Below, piece after piece: positions 19,071 through 29,021 of a stretch of DNA of 64,000 bases. How positions within the stretch are numbered: the first letter of the stretch is position 1; each line of letters starts with the position of its first letter. Below the pieces are notes generated by a model. It saw only the letters and a program-made list of their open reading frames with translations. It was not told the DNA's origin and searched no databases. The stretch lies in NCBI GenBank assembly GCA_934754335.1, contig CAKVHY010000002.1, positions 40,761-104,760 on the forward strand, written 5' to 3'. Made by a program: the position numbers and the translations under genes. This DNA is from an uncultured Clostridia bacterium. GTDB taxonomy: Bacteria > Bacillota > Clostridia > Christensenellales > UBA1242.

Positions 19071-21026
19071 ATGAAAAAATATCTTACATTTTTTAGTTTA
19101 ATAATCCTATTTTCAACTATTCTATGTGCTTGCAATAGCACAAATTCTATTTCTTTTAAAAACATTTATTTAGATGGTTATGGAATAGGGGAGAGTATTG
19201 AATTTACATATAATGATTTTCTTGGTAATAAAGAATTTAAAATGAATGAACTTTCTTTTAGTTCTTCAAACTCAAATATTGCGAAGGTGAAAAACAATAT
19301 TGTTAGTTGCTTAAATGCAGGCGAGGTGGAGATATCTTTGTATTACAAAAATGCATATCAAGATAAACTAACTTTAAAAGTTCAAAATAGCCCGCAGAAT
19401 TTGCAATATGTATCAGTTGTAAACTCTAATATTAAGTTGGAAAAGAATGAAGAAATTGATATAAGTAAGATTGTTAACATAACGCCAATAAATTTGAGAA
19501 GTGAAGTTATAGTAAATTCAACAAATGAAGATATTGTATATTTTCAGGATTATAAATTGATTGCAAATAATTTAGGCGAGGCATCAATTTCAATACTAAT
19601 TCCAAAGGCAATAGGAAGTAATCAGTATGTTGAAAGAAAGATAAATATTGAAGTTAAAGACGGTTTATATATAAAAGATTTTGAATTTACAAATTTGGTT
19701 GACGAAAAATTATTGTTTTCTATAAATGAAAGCGGAAAGTTGGAATACAATGCTGTTGTTCCAAGCGGAACAAGAGTAATATTTTATGCAAGCAATGACT
19801 TAATTGATATAGATAAAGATGGCAACTTCTCTGTTCAAAATATGGCAGGGAAAGGGACTATCACAGCAAAATTTAAAAACGCTTTTGAAAGTTATTCTGA
19901 ACAAAATATTGAATTTGAGATATTGGAAAATAAAGAATTAAATTCACAAATTTTATTAGATAATGTTACATTAAAAGACTATGAATATGAAGTGGTTGTT
20001 CAAACAGATGTAGACTTTGAAAATTTTGTTTTTGGCGATAATGTACAGGTTATAGGTTATAAAAAATTAGCAGATAAACTTTCAATAAATTTTAAGTTTT
20101 TAGAAGCGGGATTGCAAAATTTTAGTTTATCTTATAAGGTTAAATATTCTTTCCACACAGACACAATTTCTATATCTAATTTCCAAACTTTTGTTTATGA
20201 TTTGAATAAATTCGAGTATAAATTTAAATGTAATGATTTTGAAGTTTCAAATCTTAAATGTTTATATTTAACAAGGAATAATTTCTCAGCAGAAGAATAT
20301 TTTAACTTGGCAAATATTGTGGTTTATTACGATGGAAAATTATTTAATGATTTTAGTATTTCAAATTTAAATGAAGATATTTTAAAACTTGAAAATCATG
20401 AAGTAAGACCCATAAAAGAAGGACAGGGCAAGTTAAAATTGGTGCTTGGAAAATTTGAAGAAGAGATAGAACTTGTAGTTCAGAAATTGCAAGCAACTAA
20501 AATAATTTATGAATGTGAAAAAGAGTTGTATTTAAACACTAAAAACGATAGAACCATTTTAAGGCGCTCGTTAGATTTGCCAAATGCTATTGAAAATGAA
20601 ATTCAAGTTTCAAATCTTACACCTAGTATAATATCAATTGAAAATGATAGCATAATTGCAAAAAGTAAGGGCATTGGCAAGATATTGTTAGAAAACAACT
20701 CAATCAAAGAAGAAATAGAAATTGTTGTGGATTATGGAATAACAGATTTTAAAATTCTATTAAATGGAAGTACTATTCATAGTGGTGAAATAAGGCTAAA
20801 TAAAGGCGAGAATTATTATCTAACTTGCGAACTTAAAAGTGGAGATATCATTTTAAATAGCGAATTTGAAATTGCACCAAAAGAATTATCTGAAAGTTTT
20901 TATTTTGAAGGTTTTAATTTTACAACATATTTAGTGTTTATGCCTTTGAATAAAGGGAACTTTAACATAAAAATCATTGAAGCAAGCAAGAATTTTGAAC
21001 ATGAACTAAATGTTATTGTGGTTTAA
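19071..21026 (+). CDS. Lipoprotein with Big_2-like Ig domains
   Basis: Signal peptide ending ILCAC|NS (lipobox-like). Segments such as SSSNSNIAKVKNNIVSCLNAGEVEISL and PSIISIENDSIIAKSKGIGKILL resemble Big_2. GTG 19068 is an alternative start. Confidence 0.75.
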   Translation: MKKYLTFFSLIILFSTILCACNSTNSISFKNIYLDGYGIGESIEFTYNDFLGNKEFKMNELSFSSSNSNIAKVKNNIVSCLNAGEVEISLYYKNAYQDKLTLKVQNSPQNLQYVSVVNSNIKLEKNEEIDISKIVNITPINLRSEVIVNSTNEDIVYFQDYKLIANNLGEASISILIPKAIGSNQYVERKINIEVKDGLYIKDFEFTNLVDEKLLFSINESGKLEYNAVVPSGTRVIFYASNDLIDIDKDGNFSVQNMAGKGTITAKFKNAFESYSEQNIEFEILENKELNSQILLDNVTLKDYEYEVVVQTDVDFENFVFGDNVQVIGYKKLADKLSINFKFLEAGLQNFSLSYKVKYSFHTDTISISNFQTFVYDLNKFEYKFKCNDFEVSNLKCLYLTRNNFSAEEYFNLANIVVYYDGKLFNDFSISNLNEDILKLENHEVRPIKEGQGKLKLVLGKFEEEIELVVQKLQATKIIYECEKELYLNTKNDRTILRRSLDLPNAIENEIQVSNLTPSIISIENDSIIAKSKGIGKILLENNSIKEEIEIVVDYGITDFKILLNGSTIHSGEIRLNKGENYYLTCELKSGDIILNSEFEIAPKELSESFYFEGFNFTTYLVFMPLNKGNFNIKIIEASKNFEHELNVIVV

Positions 21027-21092
21027 AATTTTACTTGATTTTAACATAAATAAAAATATTAATAATAGATAAAATAATTATATAGTATTTAT

Positions 21093-21121
21093 TTGACTTA
21101 ATTTGTAAAAAAAATTATACT
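21093..21121 (+). promoter_or_regulatory. Candidate promoter of the giant-protein gene (TTGACT-17-TATACT)
   Basis: TTGACT 21093-21098, TATACT 21116-21121. Confidence 0.4.
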
Positions 21122-21180
21122 AATCTTGAATAAAATAAAACTTTGTAAGTTTAAAACTAAACAAGGTGGTTTAAAGAAAA

Positions 21181-24100
21181 ATGGGAAAGAAAATAGCAAA
21201 ATTTGTTGGAATTGGTATGCTGTGTGTATTTGGCGTACTAGGAATTGGAATTGGAATATTTGCAGCAACTGGCGGTTTTGATCAAACGGTGGTTAGTTTA
21301 ACCACACTTTATTTTGATGATTCATCTCAAAAGTCTGAAGGCTATATCATGAATATTCAAGACGTTCGAACTTCCGATGAATCGGCATTGTCAACAAAGA
21401 AATACATAGTTATAAGCGACGATTATTCTATCGAACTTGGTTGCTTGCCGGCTGATGCCACGAATAAAAACTTGGAAGTAACAGTTTCTCAAGTAACTCC
21501 TGCAATTGAAGTTGAGAAAACAACAACTGTTGGTTCTGAATTTAAAATAAAAGTTAAGAAAGATGCAAAAGGCAATAACATTGGCGGTTCTGCAAAGATA
21601 TCATTTAAATCTAATGGTGGTGTTAGTTGCGAACTTTATGTTATTGTTGATGTGGTTTTGAATGAGTCTGACATTAAATTGGATGTTGGCTCATTGCCAC
21701 AAATTCACAACTCTGGTGGTGAAGTGGAGTCATCAAATAGTTATGTTTTGGCAAGAAAGAATGGTTCTCAAACTATCACTTTGAGCAGTGATTTAGTTAA
21801 TGCCTTTAAGATCAATCAATCAAATATTACAAACAAAGATTTCACTAATAGTGGTGTTGTTAAATTTGAAGATAAAAAAGTTTATGTTTATGCAGATCAG
21901 CCTGAAGTGGCAACAATTACAAAAAATGCAACTGCTCCAGTTACATATACGATAGATTTGAATTTGGAAAATATTGATGGTTCATATCTAAACTTGTTTG
22001 TTAGAACTCATAGAACATATCAGATGCAACAAGAATTTGAGACTAATGGATTAAATGCTTTTTATGATTTCTATGTGAATAAGGATTATTTGCAAGATAG
22101 TGAAGGGCATAATAAATTAAACACAGATAAATCATTAAACTATTCTGAATTGATTACAAAATATAATAATTTCATCAACAAGTATAAAGATCAAATCATA
22201 ACTGATAGAAAAACAAATGAGTTCTTTACAAAGATAAATATAAGCCAAGACCCAGATTTGATTGTTCTTTCAGAGAGTGGAGATTTATTCTTAACTCAAG
22301 TTTGGGAATCCTTAAAATATGTTTTCATTAATGCAGATATCTCATTCTTCGTTAGTGATATTGATATTTCATCTATGACAGTTTCTTCGGAAAGTTTAGA
22401 TTTAAATATTTTTGATACTAAAGTGTATACTCTTCAAGAATTGGCAGATAAGTTTATTTCTATAGAAAACGAAGATAGTTCGGTTGTTATTTCTAAAGAA
22501 GAAAAATTGGCGTTGTTAAATAGCATGAAAATAGGCGTATATGTTATCGACACAACAGTTGAAAATAAAGAGTTCAAACAATCGGATTCCTTTGAATCTA
22601 AAATGAAAGAAGCATATAATGTTTCAAAACTTGAAAATGGAAACGGAATTTATAGCAATTTAACAGATACGTCGAATTTGTATGCAAACTCAAGTTTCTT
22701 AAAATTCTTTATGGCATCAAATAATTATTATCTAGATGCGTTAGTCCCTTCAAAGTTTGCTGATGGCGATAAAGTTTTCAAAATTTATCTTGCATTCTCT
22801 TTGGCGATTACAAAATCCACAGGTGAAAATGTTATTTTCTATGATTTTATGCCTGTAAACATCAACTATGAGAGTGAAGTTTCATTCGAACAAGGAACTC
22901 CTGCCAGCAACTTTGCATTTGATAATAAAATGTGTGTAAATTCATCAGAGAAAGTTTCAAATGTGTTCGATGGGGCAATTAAAACTCAAACTATTGAAAT
23001 TGATATGAAACAAGTTTTGGGAAAAAATTCTGTGTATGGTGTTCCAAAACTATTTATTGAAAAAACTTCAAATCATTATTCATATATAAATGATTTGTCT
23101 GTGATGGTTGGTGACCAATCTAAAGTTATTGGTAAAAATGGTGATGATAGCATTGTTTATGACATAATTGATGTTAAAGATTGTAGCATAAGACACTTCG
23201 TTGATATGAGAGGTTATAACGATAGTTATTATACATACAAAGGCGATGGTGCTGAAGCGGGCTACTTAGAAGGCTATGAAATTCCAGTTTATAGCAAATA
23301 TGAAACAACTGGGCTGAATGCAGAAAAAGATGTTTATTATGCAAACATTGTTGCTAAAAACTCACTAAGCGGGCATGATGTTAATTTCTTTTGGGTTTGT
23401 GTTTTAAGAGATGAGAATGGCAATCCTATTGATAGAGATGGAAATAGATTGTTCAACGATAAAGGTGAGGCGATTGAAGAAGGCGACCCTGGGAAAATCA
23501 AAGAAGACCATATTGCTGATTATGTAGTGGTTTATTCATCTCTAGATGCGAGCGGAACTGATTTGGGTTTTGGTGGCGCTGGTGTTGAAGTAAGTTCAGT
23601 TCTTGAAAACTTATATTATTATTCAAATACAAGTGAATCATTTATTTATGAGGATAAAACCACAGGTACGCTTCATAAAATAAATCAAGGTGATTTATAT
23701 TTAAGAAATAATAGAACAGACGATGTTGATTTAAATTTCACTAAAATGAAATTGGTGGCTAAAGAGCAATATGATAAAGCACTAAAAATATCAGGCTTTA
23801 AAATGGTGATGAAAGAAAATTCACTTGTTCCATATTTCACTGAAGAAGAGTATAAAAATGCAATCAATAATGGCATTGATATCTATGGCAATATTCTAAA
23901 TGGTCTTACAAAACTTGTAAATGAAAATGATTTTGAATTCTGGGCTGGCGATGAAACTTTAGTGGAAGCCGAACTTATTTATGGTGACCCGGCCGATTTA
24001 AAAGATGGTGACCTTTTAAAATTGAAAAATGGCGAAGGTTTTTATTTGAATTTAAATTTGAATGTGTTTAGTTTAGACGACTTAAGTGAAAAGTCCACAT

Positions 24101-27027
24101 GTGTTCTATCTTTAAATAGGAACTTGAACTACAATAAATATAATATTATTGATGACGTGGTTACAATTGATATTGATAGCCCTGTTATCAAAGATATAAA
24201 CACAGTTGTTAGAAGAGTTGGTGCTGAAGAGGGATTTGAGAGCGTTGCTGGAAATTATAAAAAACAAATCTATATCAATGGTGCTTTGTCTTCATCTGTA
24301 AATGCGAAAGCAGGTGATATAGATTATAATTATAGTTATGATGTAGATTTCGTTGATGACGGAAAAGTTACTGCAAATGAAATCTTTACATTCTATTCAG
24401 CAACTGGAGTTTATAAAGTTTGCTTTGAAATTTCTTCTAAAAATTCAAATATGATATTCTTAAAAGATTACTATCAAACTCAACTTGAAAATGTTTTAAA
24501 TCAGATTGGTTTAAAAGAAAGTTTGGGAGAAAAAGGTGAAATATCGTATTATATTGATGAGCAAAGTGGTGAAATCAATATAGAAAATTTAAATGAATTA
24601 AATACTGAAATTGATAAAATTAATGCGGGAAAAGTTAATCCTTATAATAAATTTAATCCAAGATGTGATGAAAATATTATTGATTCAATTGTGAATAATG
24701 AAACTTATATAAACAATTATTTAAACAACCTTATTAAAAGAGTTGAAGAAGTTGACGACATTGATTTAAATATAACTTCAATTGATGAATGTTTAAATAT
24801 ATTGCAAAATTATGGCATTGTAATTAATCTTGAAGAAAACACTGAAACTAAAAAATATGAAGCGTTCAGAAACGCAATTGGTGATGAAACAGTTGATAGC
24901 CTAGAAAAGGCAACTGAGAAAATAAAAGAGTATATAAACAAACACCCAAGATATGATGCCGATTTTGTTGGAATTAGAACTGTGGTTAATGATATCTATT
25001 CTTATGATTTAGAAGCGATTGTAGATAGAGTTAACAAAATTAAAGGCTTAAGTTTATCTGTATCTGATGGTGTTATTGAAATTATTAATCAGTTAAAAGA
25101 TAATTTTGTTGGAATTAATGATAATTCCGATATGTTTAATATTATTTCAGAGATAAATAAAGAAACAAAAAATTATAATGAAAATACTGGGGAAGAGTTG
25201 GCAAACATATCTGCTCCCACAAAACTAACTTCTTATTTAAATTATTTCGTTGAGGGGAAGTATGATATTTCCACAAAAGAACTTACATTAAATCCTGACG
25301 GCACACTTCCTTTAAAACAAGGAATGAATGATAATATATTTATTGATTTAGGTTTACAATTTAGGTTCTATCCAAAAACAACTGCAGGCGTTCAAACATA
25401 TAGATATACAATTGAAAAGCAACATTTATTCTATATTAACTTTAAGCCAGTAAACTTAGAGTTTAATGAGGGTAAGGAAATTCTAGAGATGAATGCTGGT
25501 GAAAATATATCTATAGACAATGTTGTTAAGGCTATTGGATTTGAAGGCGGAAATGAAGGTAAAAACCATATTAAGTTTACGATTTTGCCATCATTCCAAG
25601 ATAAAATCTACTTCAAAAATGCAGAAGGATTGGCAGTTTATTCTGTTTATGGAAATTCAGATTATCTAATTGTTTATGCCAACAACTTAGTTGGAACAGA
25701 TACAACAGCACAAATCGAGATAAGTTTGCCTTATATTGATAAGAATGGCGAACAGATTAAAAAATATTTGAATATTAATATTAAACATAATATAGATGTT
25801 GCTGTTAATAACTCAAAAGTATTTGTTGGTGCTAAGGTTTCAGAAACTCCTAATGAAATAGATCTGGGTGATTACATAACATCAAACACAGGATTTAATG
25901 TTACTTATCAAATTACAGGCAATGATTATGTGAGTTTGAATGGAAACAAATTAGTTGTTGGATATCTAAATATTCAAATGCCTTTAACTTTAAATGTTAG
26001 TATAAACAATGGAAGTGAAGATGTTTATAAATTTACTCAAGATATTATAATCAAGCCATATTATAAAGTTTTGTTCAGGGATTATGATAATCCTAATGCT
26101 GATTTAGTTGAGTATCAAAATAATTATTATATTAAAACTCCGCTTTTAAATGGCACGGATTTATATGCAAATAATTGGATTCATGTTTATGAATATAATG
26201 AAGAAACTGGCAGTTATATTTTGTTAGATTTAAGTACAAACTTAGATAAAATCAAATCTGTTATTAGTTTAACATTTAAAAACGAAGATTTTGTTGATAT
26301 TCCAGATGTGGAAGTATTTGGTATAAATGTTCGTGACCAATTCTATATAAATGATAATGGGACTTACAAAGAAGGTGCGTTAACAAATGAAGGGGTGAAT
26401 GCAAGCGTTCTAAATAATGGCGTTCTAACTCTTCCGGATTTTGCTAAAGACGTGGTAATTCCAATTAAAGTTAATATAAATGGATACTATGAAGGTAGAG
26501 ATAATATTTATATATTTGTAAAAGTTCTTGGAACTAAGAAATATGTAAATAAAGAAGGCAAAGGCAATGTGGAAGATATTGAAAATTCATATACTCTTGC
26601 TCCGTTTGATGAAAACGAATTAAAACAGGAATTTATGTATGCTGAAGAAGATGGTAATAAACATCTAAAACTAAAGGCTGGCGGGACTTATAATCTTGCA
26701 GAATATATTCAAGTTTTGTTAAATTCTAGCGTTAACGATAATAATCAAGTAAGATTGTCATATAAATTAAAACAAGAAGTGGCGGGTGTTTCGTTAGATA
26801 ATAAGGCATTAGAAAGTGATGACGGGATAACTATTTTGGTTGATGGGGTTGAAGTTCCTGTTTACGACTATCTAAAGATTGATAGTTCGGCCACAGGTAC
26901 AATTACTTTAGAAATCACAGGTTATATTATCACAAGTTCAGGTGCACAGATTAACTATAAGCAATTATTGGGTTATAATCCAACAATCGCTATTGAGATT
27001 GAGCCAAGTGCTTCAGTGGGTGAATAA
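21181..27027 (+). CDS. Giant (1948 aa) N-terminally anchored surface protein, no recognised domains
   Basis: Uninterrupted 5.8-kb ORF. SD AAGGTGG. N-terminus KKIAKFVGIGMLCVFGVLGIGIGIFAATGG (TM/signal). Own TTGACT-17-TATACT promoter. Confidence 0.85.
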   Translation: MGKKIAKFVGIGMLCVFGVLGIGIGIFAATGGFDQTVVSLTTLYFDDSSQKSEGYIMNIQDVRTSDESALSTKKYIVISDDYSIELGCLPADATNKNLEVTVSQVTPAIEVEKTTTVGSEFKIKVKKDAKGNNIGGSAKISFKSNGGVSCELYVIVDVVLNESDIKLDVGSLPQIHNSGGEVESSNSYVLARKNGSQTITLSSDLVNAFKINQSNITNKDFTNSGVVKFEDKKVYVYADQPEVATITKNATAPVTYTIDLNLENIDGSYLNLFVRTHRTYQMQQEFETNGLNAFYDFYVNKDYLQDSEGHNKLNTDKSLNYSELITKYNNFINKYKDQIITDRKTNEFFTKINISQDPDLIVLSESGDLFLTQVWESLKYVFINADISFFVSDIDISSMTVSSESLDLNIFDTKVYTLQELADKFISIENEDSSVVISKEEKLALLNSMKIGVYVIDTTVENKEFKQSDSFESKMKEAYNVSKLENGNGIYSNLTDTSNLYANSSFLKFFMASNNYYLDALVPSKFADGDKVFKIYLAFSLAITKSTGENVIFYDFMPVNINYESEVSFEQGTPASNFAFDNKMCVNSSEKVSNVFDGAIKTQTIEIDMKQVLGKNSVYGVPKLFIEKTSNHYSYINDLSVMVGDQSKVIGKNGDDSIVYDIIDVKDCSIRHFVDMRGYNDSYYTYKGDGAEAGYLEGYEIPVYSKYETTGLNAEKDVYYANIVAKNSLSGHDVNFFWVCVLRDENGNPIDRDGNRLFNDKGEAIEEGDPGKIKEDHIADYVVVYSSLDASGTDLGFGGAGVEVSSVLENLYYYSNTSESFIYEDKTTGTLHKINQGDLYLRNNRTDDVDLNFTKMKLVAKEQYDKALKISGFKMVMKENSLVPYFTEEEYKNAINNGIDIYGNILNGLTKLVNENDFEFWAGDETLVEAELIYGDPADLKDGDLLKLKNGEGFYLNLNLNVFSLDDLSEKSTCVLSLNRNLNYNKYNIIDDVVTIDIDSPVIKDINTVVRRVGAEEGFESVAGNYKKQIYINGALSSSVNAKAGDIDYNYSYDVDFVDDGKVTANEIFTFYSATGVYKVCFEISSKNSNMIFLKDYYQTQLENVLNQIGLKESLGEKGEISYYIDEQSGEINIENLNELNTEIDKINAGKVNPYNKFNPRCDENIIDSIVNNETYINNYLNNLIKRVEEVDDIDLNITSIDECLNILQNYGIVINLEENTETKKYEAFRNAIGDETVDSLEKATEKIKEYINKHPRYDADFVGIRTVVNDIYSYDLEAIVDRVNKIKGLSLSVSDGVIEIINQLKDNFVGINDNSDMFNIISEINKETKNYNENTGEELANISAPTKLTSYLNYFVEGKYDISTKELTLNPDGTLPLKQGMNDNIFIDLGLQFRFYPKTTAGVQTYRYTIEKQHLFYINFKPVNLEFNEGKEILEMNAGENISIDNVVKAIGFEGGNEGKNHIKFTILPSFQDKIYFKNAEGLAVYSVYGNSDYLIVYANNLVGTDTTAQIEISLPYIDKNGEQIKKYLNINIKHNIDVAVNNSKVFVGAKVSETPNEIDLGDYITSNTGFNVTYQITGNDYVSLNGNKLVVGYLNIQMPLTLNVSINNGSEDVYKFTQDIIIKPYYKVLFRDYDNPNADLVEYQNNYYIKTPLLNGTDLYANNWIHVYEYNEETGSYILLDLSTNLDKIKSVISLTFKNEDFVDIPDVEVFGINVRDQFYINDNGTYKEGALTNEGVNASVLNNGVLTLPDFAKDVVIPIKVNINGYYEGRDNIYIFVKVLGTKKYVNKEGKGNVEDIENSYTLAPFDENELKQEFMYAEEDGNKHLKLKAGGTYNLAEYIQVLLNSSVNDNNQVRLSYKLKQEVAGVSLDNKALESDDGITILVDGVEVPVYDYLKIDSSATGTITLEITGYIITSSGAQINYKQLLGYNPTIAIEIEPSASVGE

Positions 27028-27132
27028 AAGATGAAAGGAAAGTTTGAATAGATTTCAAACTTTCCAAGTAATAAAAAGGTTTGATTTTCAAAAAATAGTT
27101 TAAGTTATATAAGAAATTTGCGGTTATTTATT

Positions 27133-27160
27133 TTGAAATAATTAAACTATTTGTTATAAT
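27133..27160 (+). promoter_or_regulatory. Candidate promoter of the DUF975-like gene (TTGAAA-16-TATAAT)
   Basis: TTGAAA 27133-27138, TATAAT 27155-27160. Confidence 0.4.
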
Positions 27161-27187
27161 TGAAAATAATAATATGGAGGAATAAAA

Positions 27188-28366
27188 ATGGAAGAAAAAG
27201 AGAACAGTACTGTTTTTGGTATGATGTTTAAATCAACCAGAAGAAGAAATGGTAACACTTTCTGGACTGCTTGTGCAGGCATGATGTTAGCATTGTTACC
27301 TTATTTTGTTCTAGGTGCATTAGGCTTCTTTTTAAGAGATAAAGCACCAAAACTTTGGATCGCGTGTGTTTGTATCGGTGCGATGTTATTTGGACCACTT
27401 CAATATGGATACATTAGATTCTATAATAAATTAACTAAGGAAGGGAATGCCAACATATTCTCAATCTATGATTTCTGGAATATGGAAAACTTTATAATGG
27501 TTTTATTTGGCGGTTTGTTGCAAGCAGTTTGCTATATCATCTGCGCAGCAATCGTTATAGTTCCACTTATAGTTTTAGATAGCACCACATGGGCAATTGT
27601 TGCGGCTTGCGTTTCATTTGTTATCATGATGGTTCTTATCGCATTCTTCTCAATGGTATATTTCTTTATTGAACACCATCATTATCAAAGTTTTGGTGAA
27701 GCAATGAGAACTTGCTATGTTAGAATGAGAAGAAATAGAATGAGTATGATGAGTTATAAAGTATTATTTTATGTATTCTTCTTATTCATTATTGCTATCA
27801 CTGCATTATTAGGATTCAGAATCTCAAAACTTTTCGGTACTGAAAAAGAAGTTTGGGGCGTTGTATTTGCTTGCATTGGAATTGCATTCTTATTTGTAGT
27901 TTCTGTATTTATGCTAACTTGGTATCATTCAACAAATCATCTATATTTCGAACAAATCTTAGATTATAACGAAAAGAAGATGGCTAGATTAAAAGCAAAA
28001 GAAATGGCTGGAAAAGAAGCAGAAGTTGTTGAAACTAAAGTTGAAGAAGAAAAAGCAGAAGAAGTTGAACCTGTTCAAACAGCAGAAATAGTTGCTCCTA
28101 AGAAGGCTACTGCTAAAACTACTGCTAAAAAGACTACAACAGGGGCTAAAAAACCAGTTGCAAAGAAAACTACCACTGCTAAAAAAGAAGTAAAGGCAGA
28201 AGAAGTTAAAACAGATGTTAAGATTGAAGCACCTAAAACTGTTAAGAAAACAACCACAGCAAAGGCTCAATCAAAACCTGCAACTAAAACAACTGCTAAA
28301 AAGGCTGAACCTAAAACAAATATTGAGCCACCTAAAAAGGCTACAACTAAAAAAACAACAAAGTAA
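27188..28366 (+). CDS. DUF975-like polytopic membrane protein with ~130-aa K/T/A/E-rich C-terminal tail
   Basis: GPLQYGYIRFYNKLTKEGNANIFSIYDFW... and later FGEAMRTCYVRMRRNRMSMM resemble DUF975 as I recall it. The tail is KKATAKTTAKKTTTGAKKPVAKKTTTAKK... Confidence 0.7.
   Translation: MEEKENSTVFGMMFKSTRRRNGNTFWTACAGMMLALLPYFVLGALGFFLRDKAPKLWIACVCIGAMLFGPLQYGYIRFYNKLTKEGNANIFSIYDFWNMENFIMVLFGGLLQAVCYIICAAIVIVPLIVLDSTTWAIVAACVSFVIMMVLIAFFSMVYFFIEHHHYQSFGEAMRTCYVRMRRNRMSMMSYKVLFYVFFLFIIAITALLGFRISKLFGTEKEVWGVVFACIGIAFLFVVSVFMLTWYHSTNHLYFEQILDYNEKKMARLKAKEMAGKEAEVVETKVEEEKAEEVEPVQTAEIVAPKKATAKTTAKKTTTGAKKPVAKKTTTAKKEVKAEEVKTDVKIEAPKTVKKTTTAKAQSKPATKTTAKKAEPKTNIEPPKKATTKKTTK
27971..28363 (+). repeat. 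Low-complexity K/T/A/E coding repeat (AAGAAAACTACNACTGCTAAAAA-like units)
   Basis: Protein tail KKATAKTTAKKTTTGAKKPVAKKTTTAKKEVK...KKTTTAKAQSKPATKTTAKK...KKATTKKTTK. It also generates spurious antisense ORFs. Confidence 0.8.
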
Positions 28367-28375
28367 ATGATTAAA

Positions 28376-28407
28376 ATAAGTTAGGCAATTGCTTAACTTA
28401 TTTTTTT
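28376..28407 (+). terminator. Rho-independent terminator after the DUF975-like gene
   Basis: ATAAGTTAGG-CAATTG-CTTAACTTAT then T7. Confidence 0.75.
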
Positions 28408-28469
28408 CTTTTAAATAGTTTGAATAATAATGTTTCTTTTCCTAAAACTAACTAAAAAGGAAGATTATT

Positions 28470-29021
28470 ATGAAAAAAACAGGCATGGTTAGAAAAATTG
28501 ACGAACTTGGAAGAATTGTAATTCCAAAGGAAATTAGGCAAACTTTAAGGCTTTATGAAGGCATGAAAATTGAAATGTACATAAATGACGAAAATGAAAT
28601 AGTGCTAAAAAATTATAGTCCATTATTTTCCACAAATTTATTGCTAGAACAATATGCCGAAGTGCTTTCAAAGGTGATAAATAAGGAAGTTTTTGTTTGT
28701 GATAGAAATGTTATCGTGAATTATGTTGGAAGCCATAAAAAGAAGTTTTTAGGCAAAGAAATAAGTCCTAAATTAACAGAATGCATTAATTCGTGTGAGA
28801 ATTATATTGGAAGCAAAGATAATGGCACAACATTGATTGAAATTATAAATGAAGAGATTGGAGATATAACAGGGGAAGTTGTATTTCCAATTATTGTGAA
28901 TAATGTTTGTGAAGGATTGCTAGGAGTTTTAAATTTTGACGAAGGGAAGATTGAAATTTGCGAGATTAGAAATATAGAATTAACTGCTAAATTTTTGCAA
29001 AGGCAACTAAGTTATGATTAA
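28470..29021 (+). CDS. spoVT: Stage V sporulation protein T (AbrB-family regulator)
   Basis: N-terminal SpoVT/AbrB swapped-hairpin motif TGMVRKIDELGRIVIPKEIRQTLRL plus a ~130-aa C-terminal (GAF-like) domain. Confidence 0.85.
   Translation: MKKTGMVRKIDELGRIVIPKEIRQTLRLYEGMKIEMYINDENEIVLKNYSPLFSTNLLLEQYAEVLSKVINKEVFVCDRNVIVNYVGSHKKKFLGKEISPKLTECINSCENYIGSKDNGTTLIEIINEEIGDITGEVVFPIIVNNVCEGLLGVLNFDEGKIEICEIRNIELTAKFLQRQLSYD

Noticed and set aside
27094-27151. 10-bp inverted repeat AATAGTTTAA/TTAAACTATT overlapping the 27188 promoter spacer. A 9-bp repeat TTGTCAACC/GGTTGACAA (54580-54638) similarly overlaps the -35 of the 54710 gene.
   Set aside because: They are AT-rich and short. By rough estimate, about one such repeat is expected by chance among the ~30 intergenic regions. 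They are noted as weak candidates only.
27989-28270. Two overlapping minus-strand ORFs (93 and 60 aa) rich in Phe/Ser/Cys.
   Set aside because: They are the reverse complement of the K/T/A low-complexity coding repeat. This is a compositional artefact.
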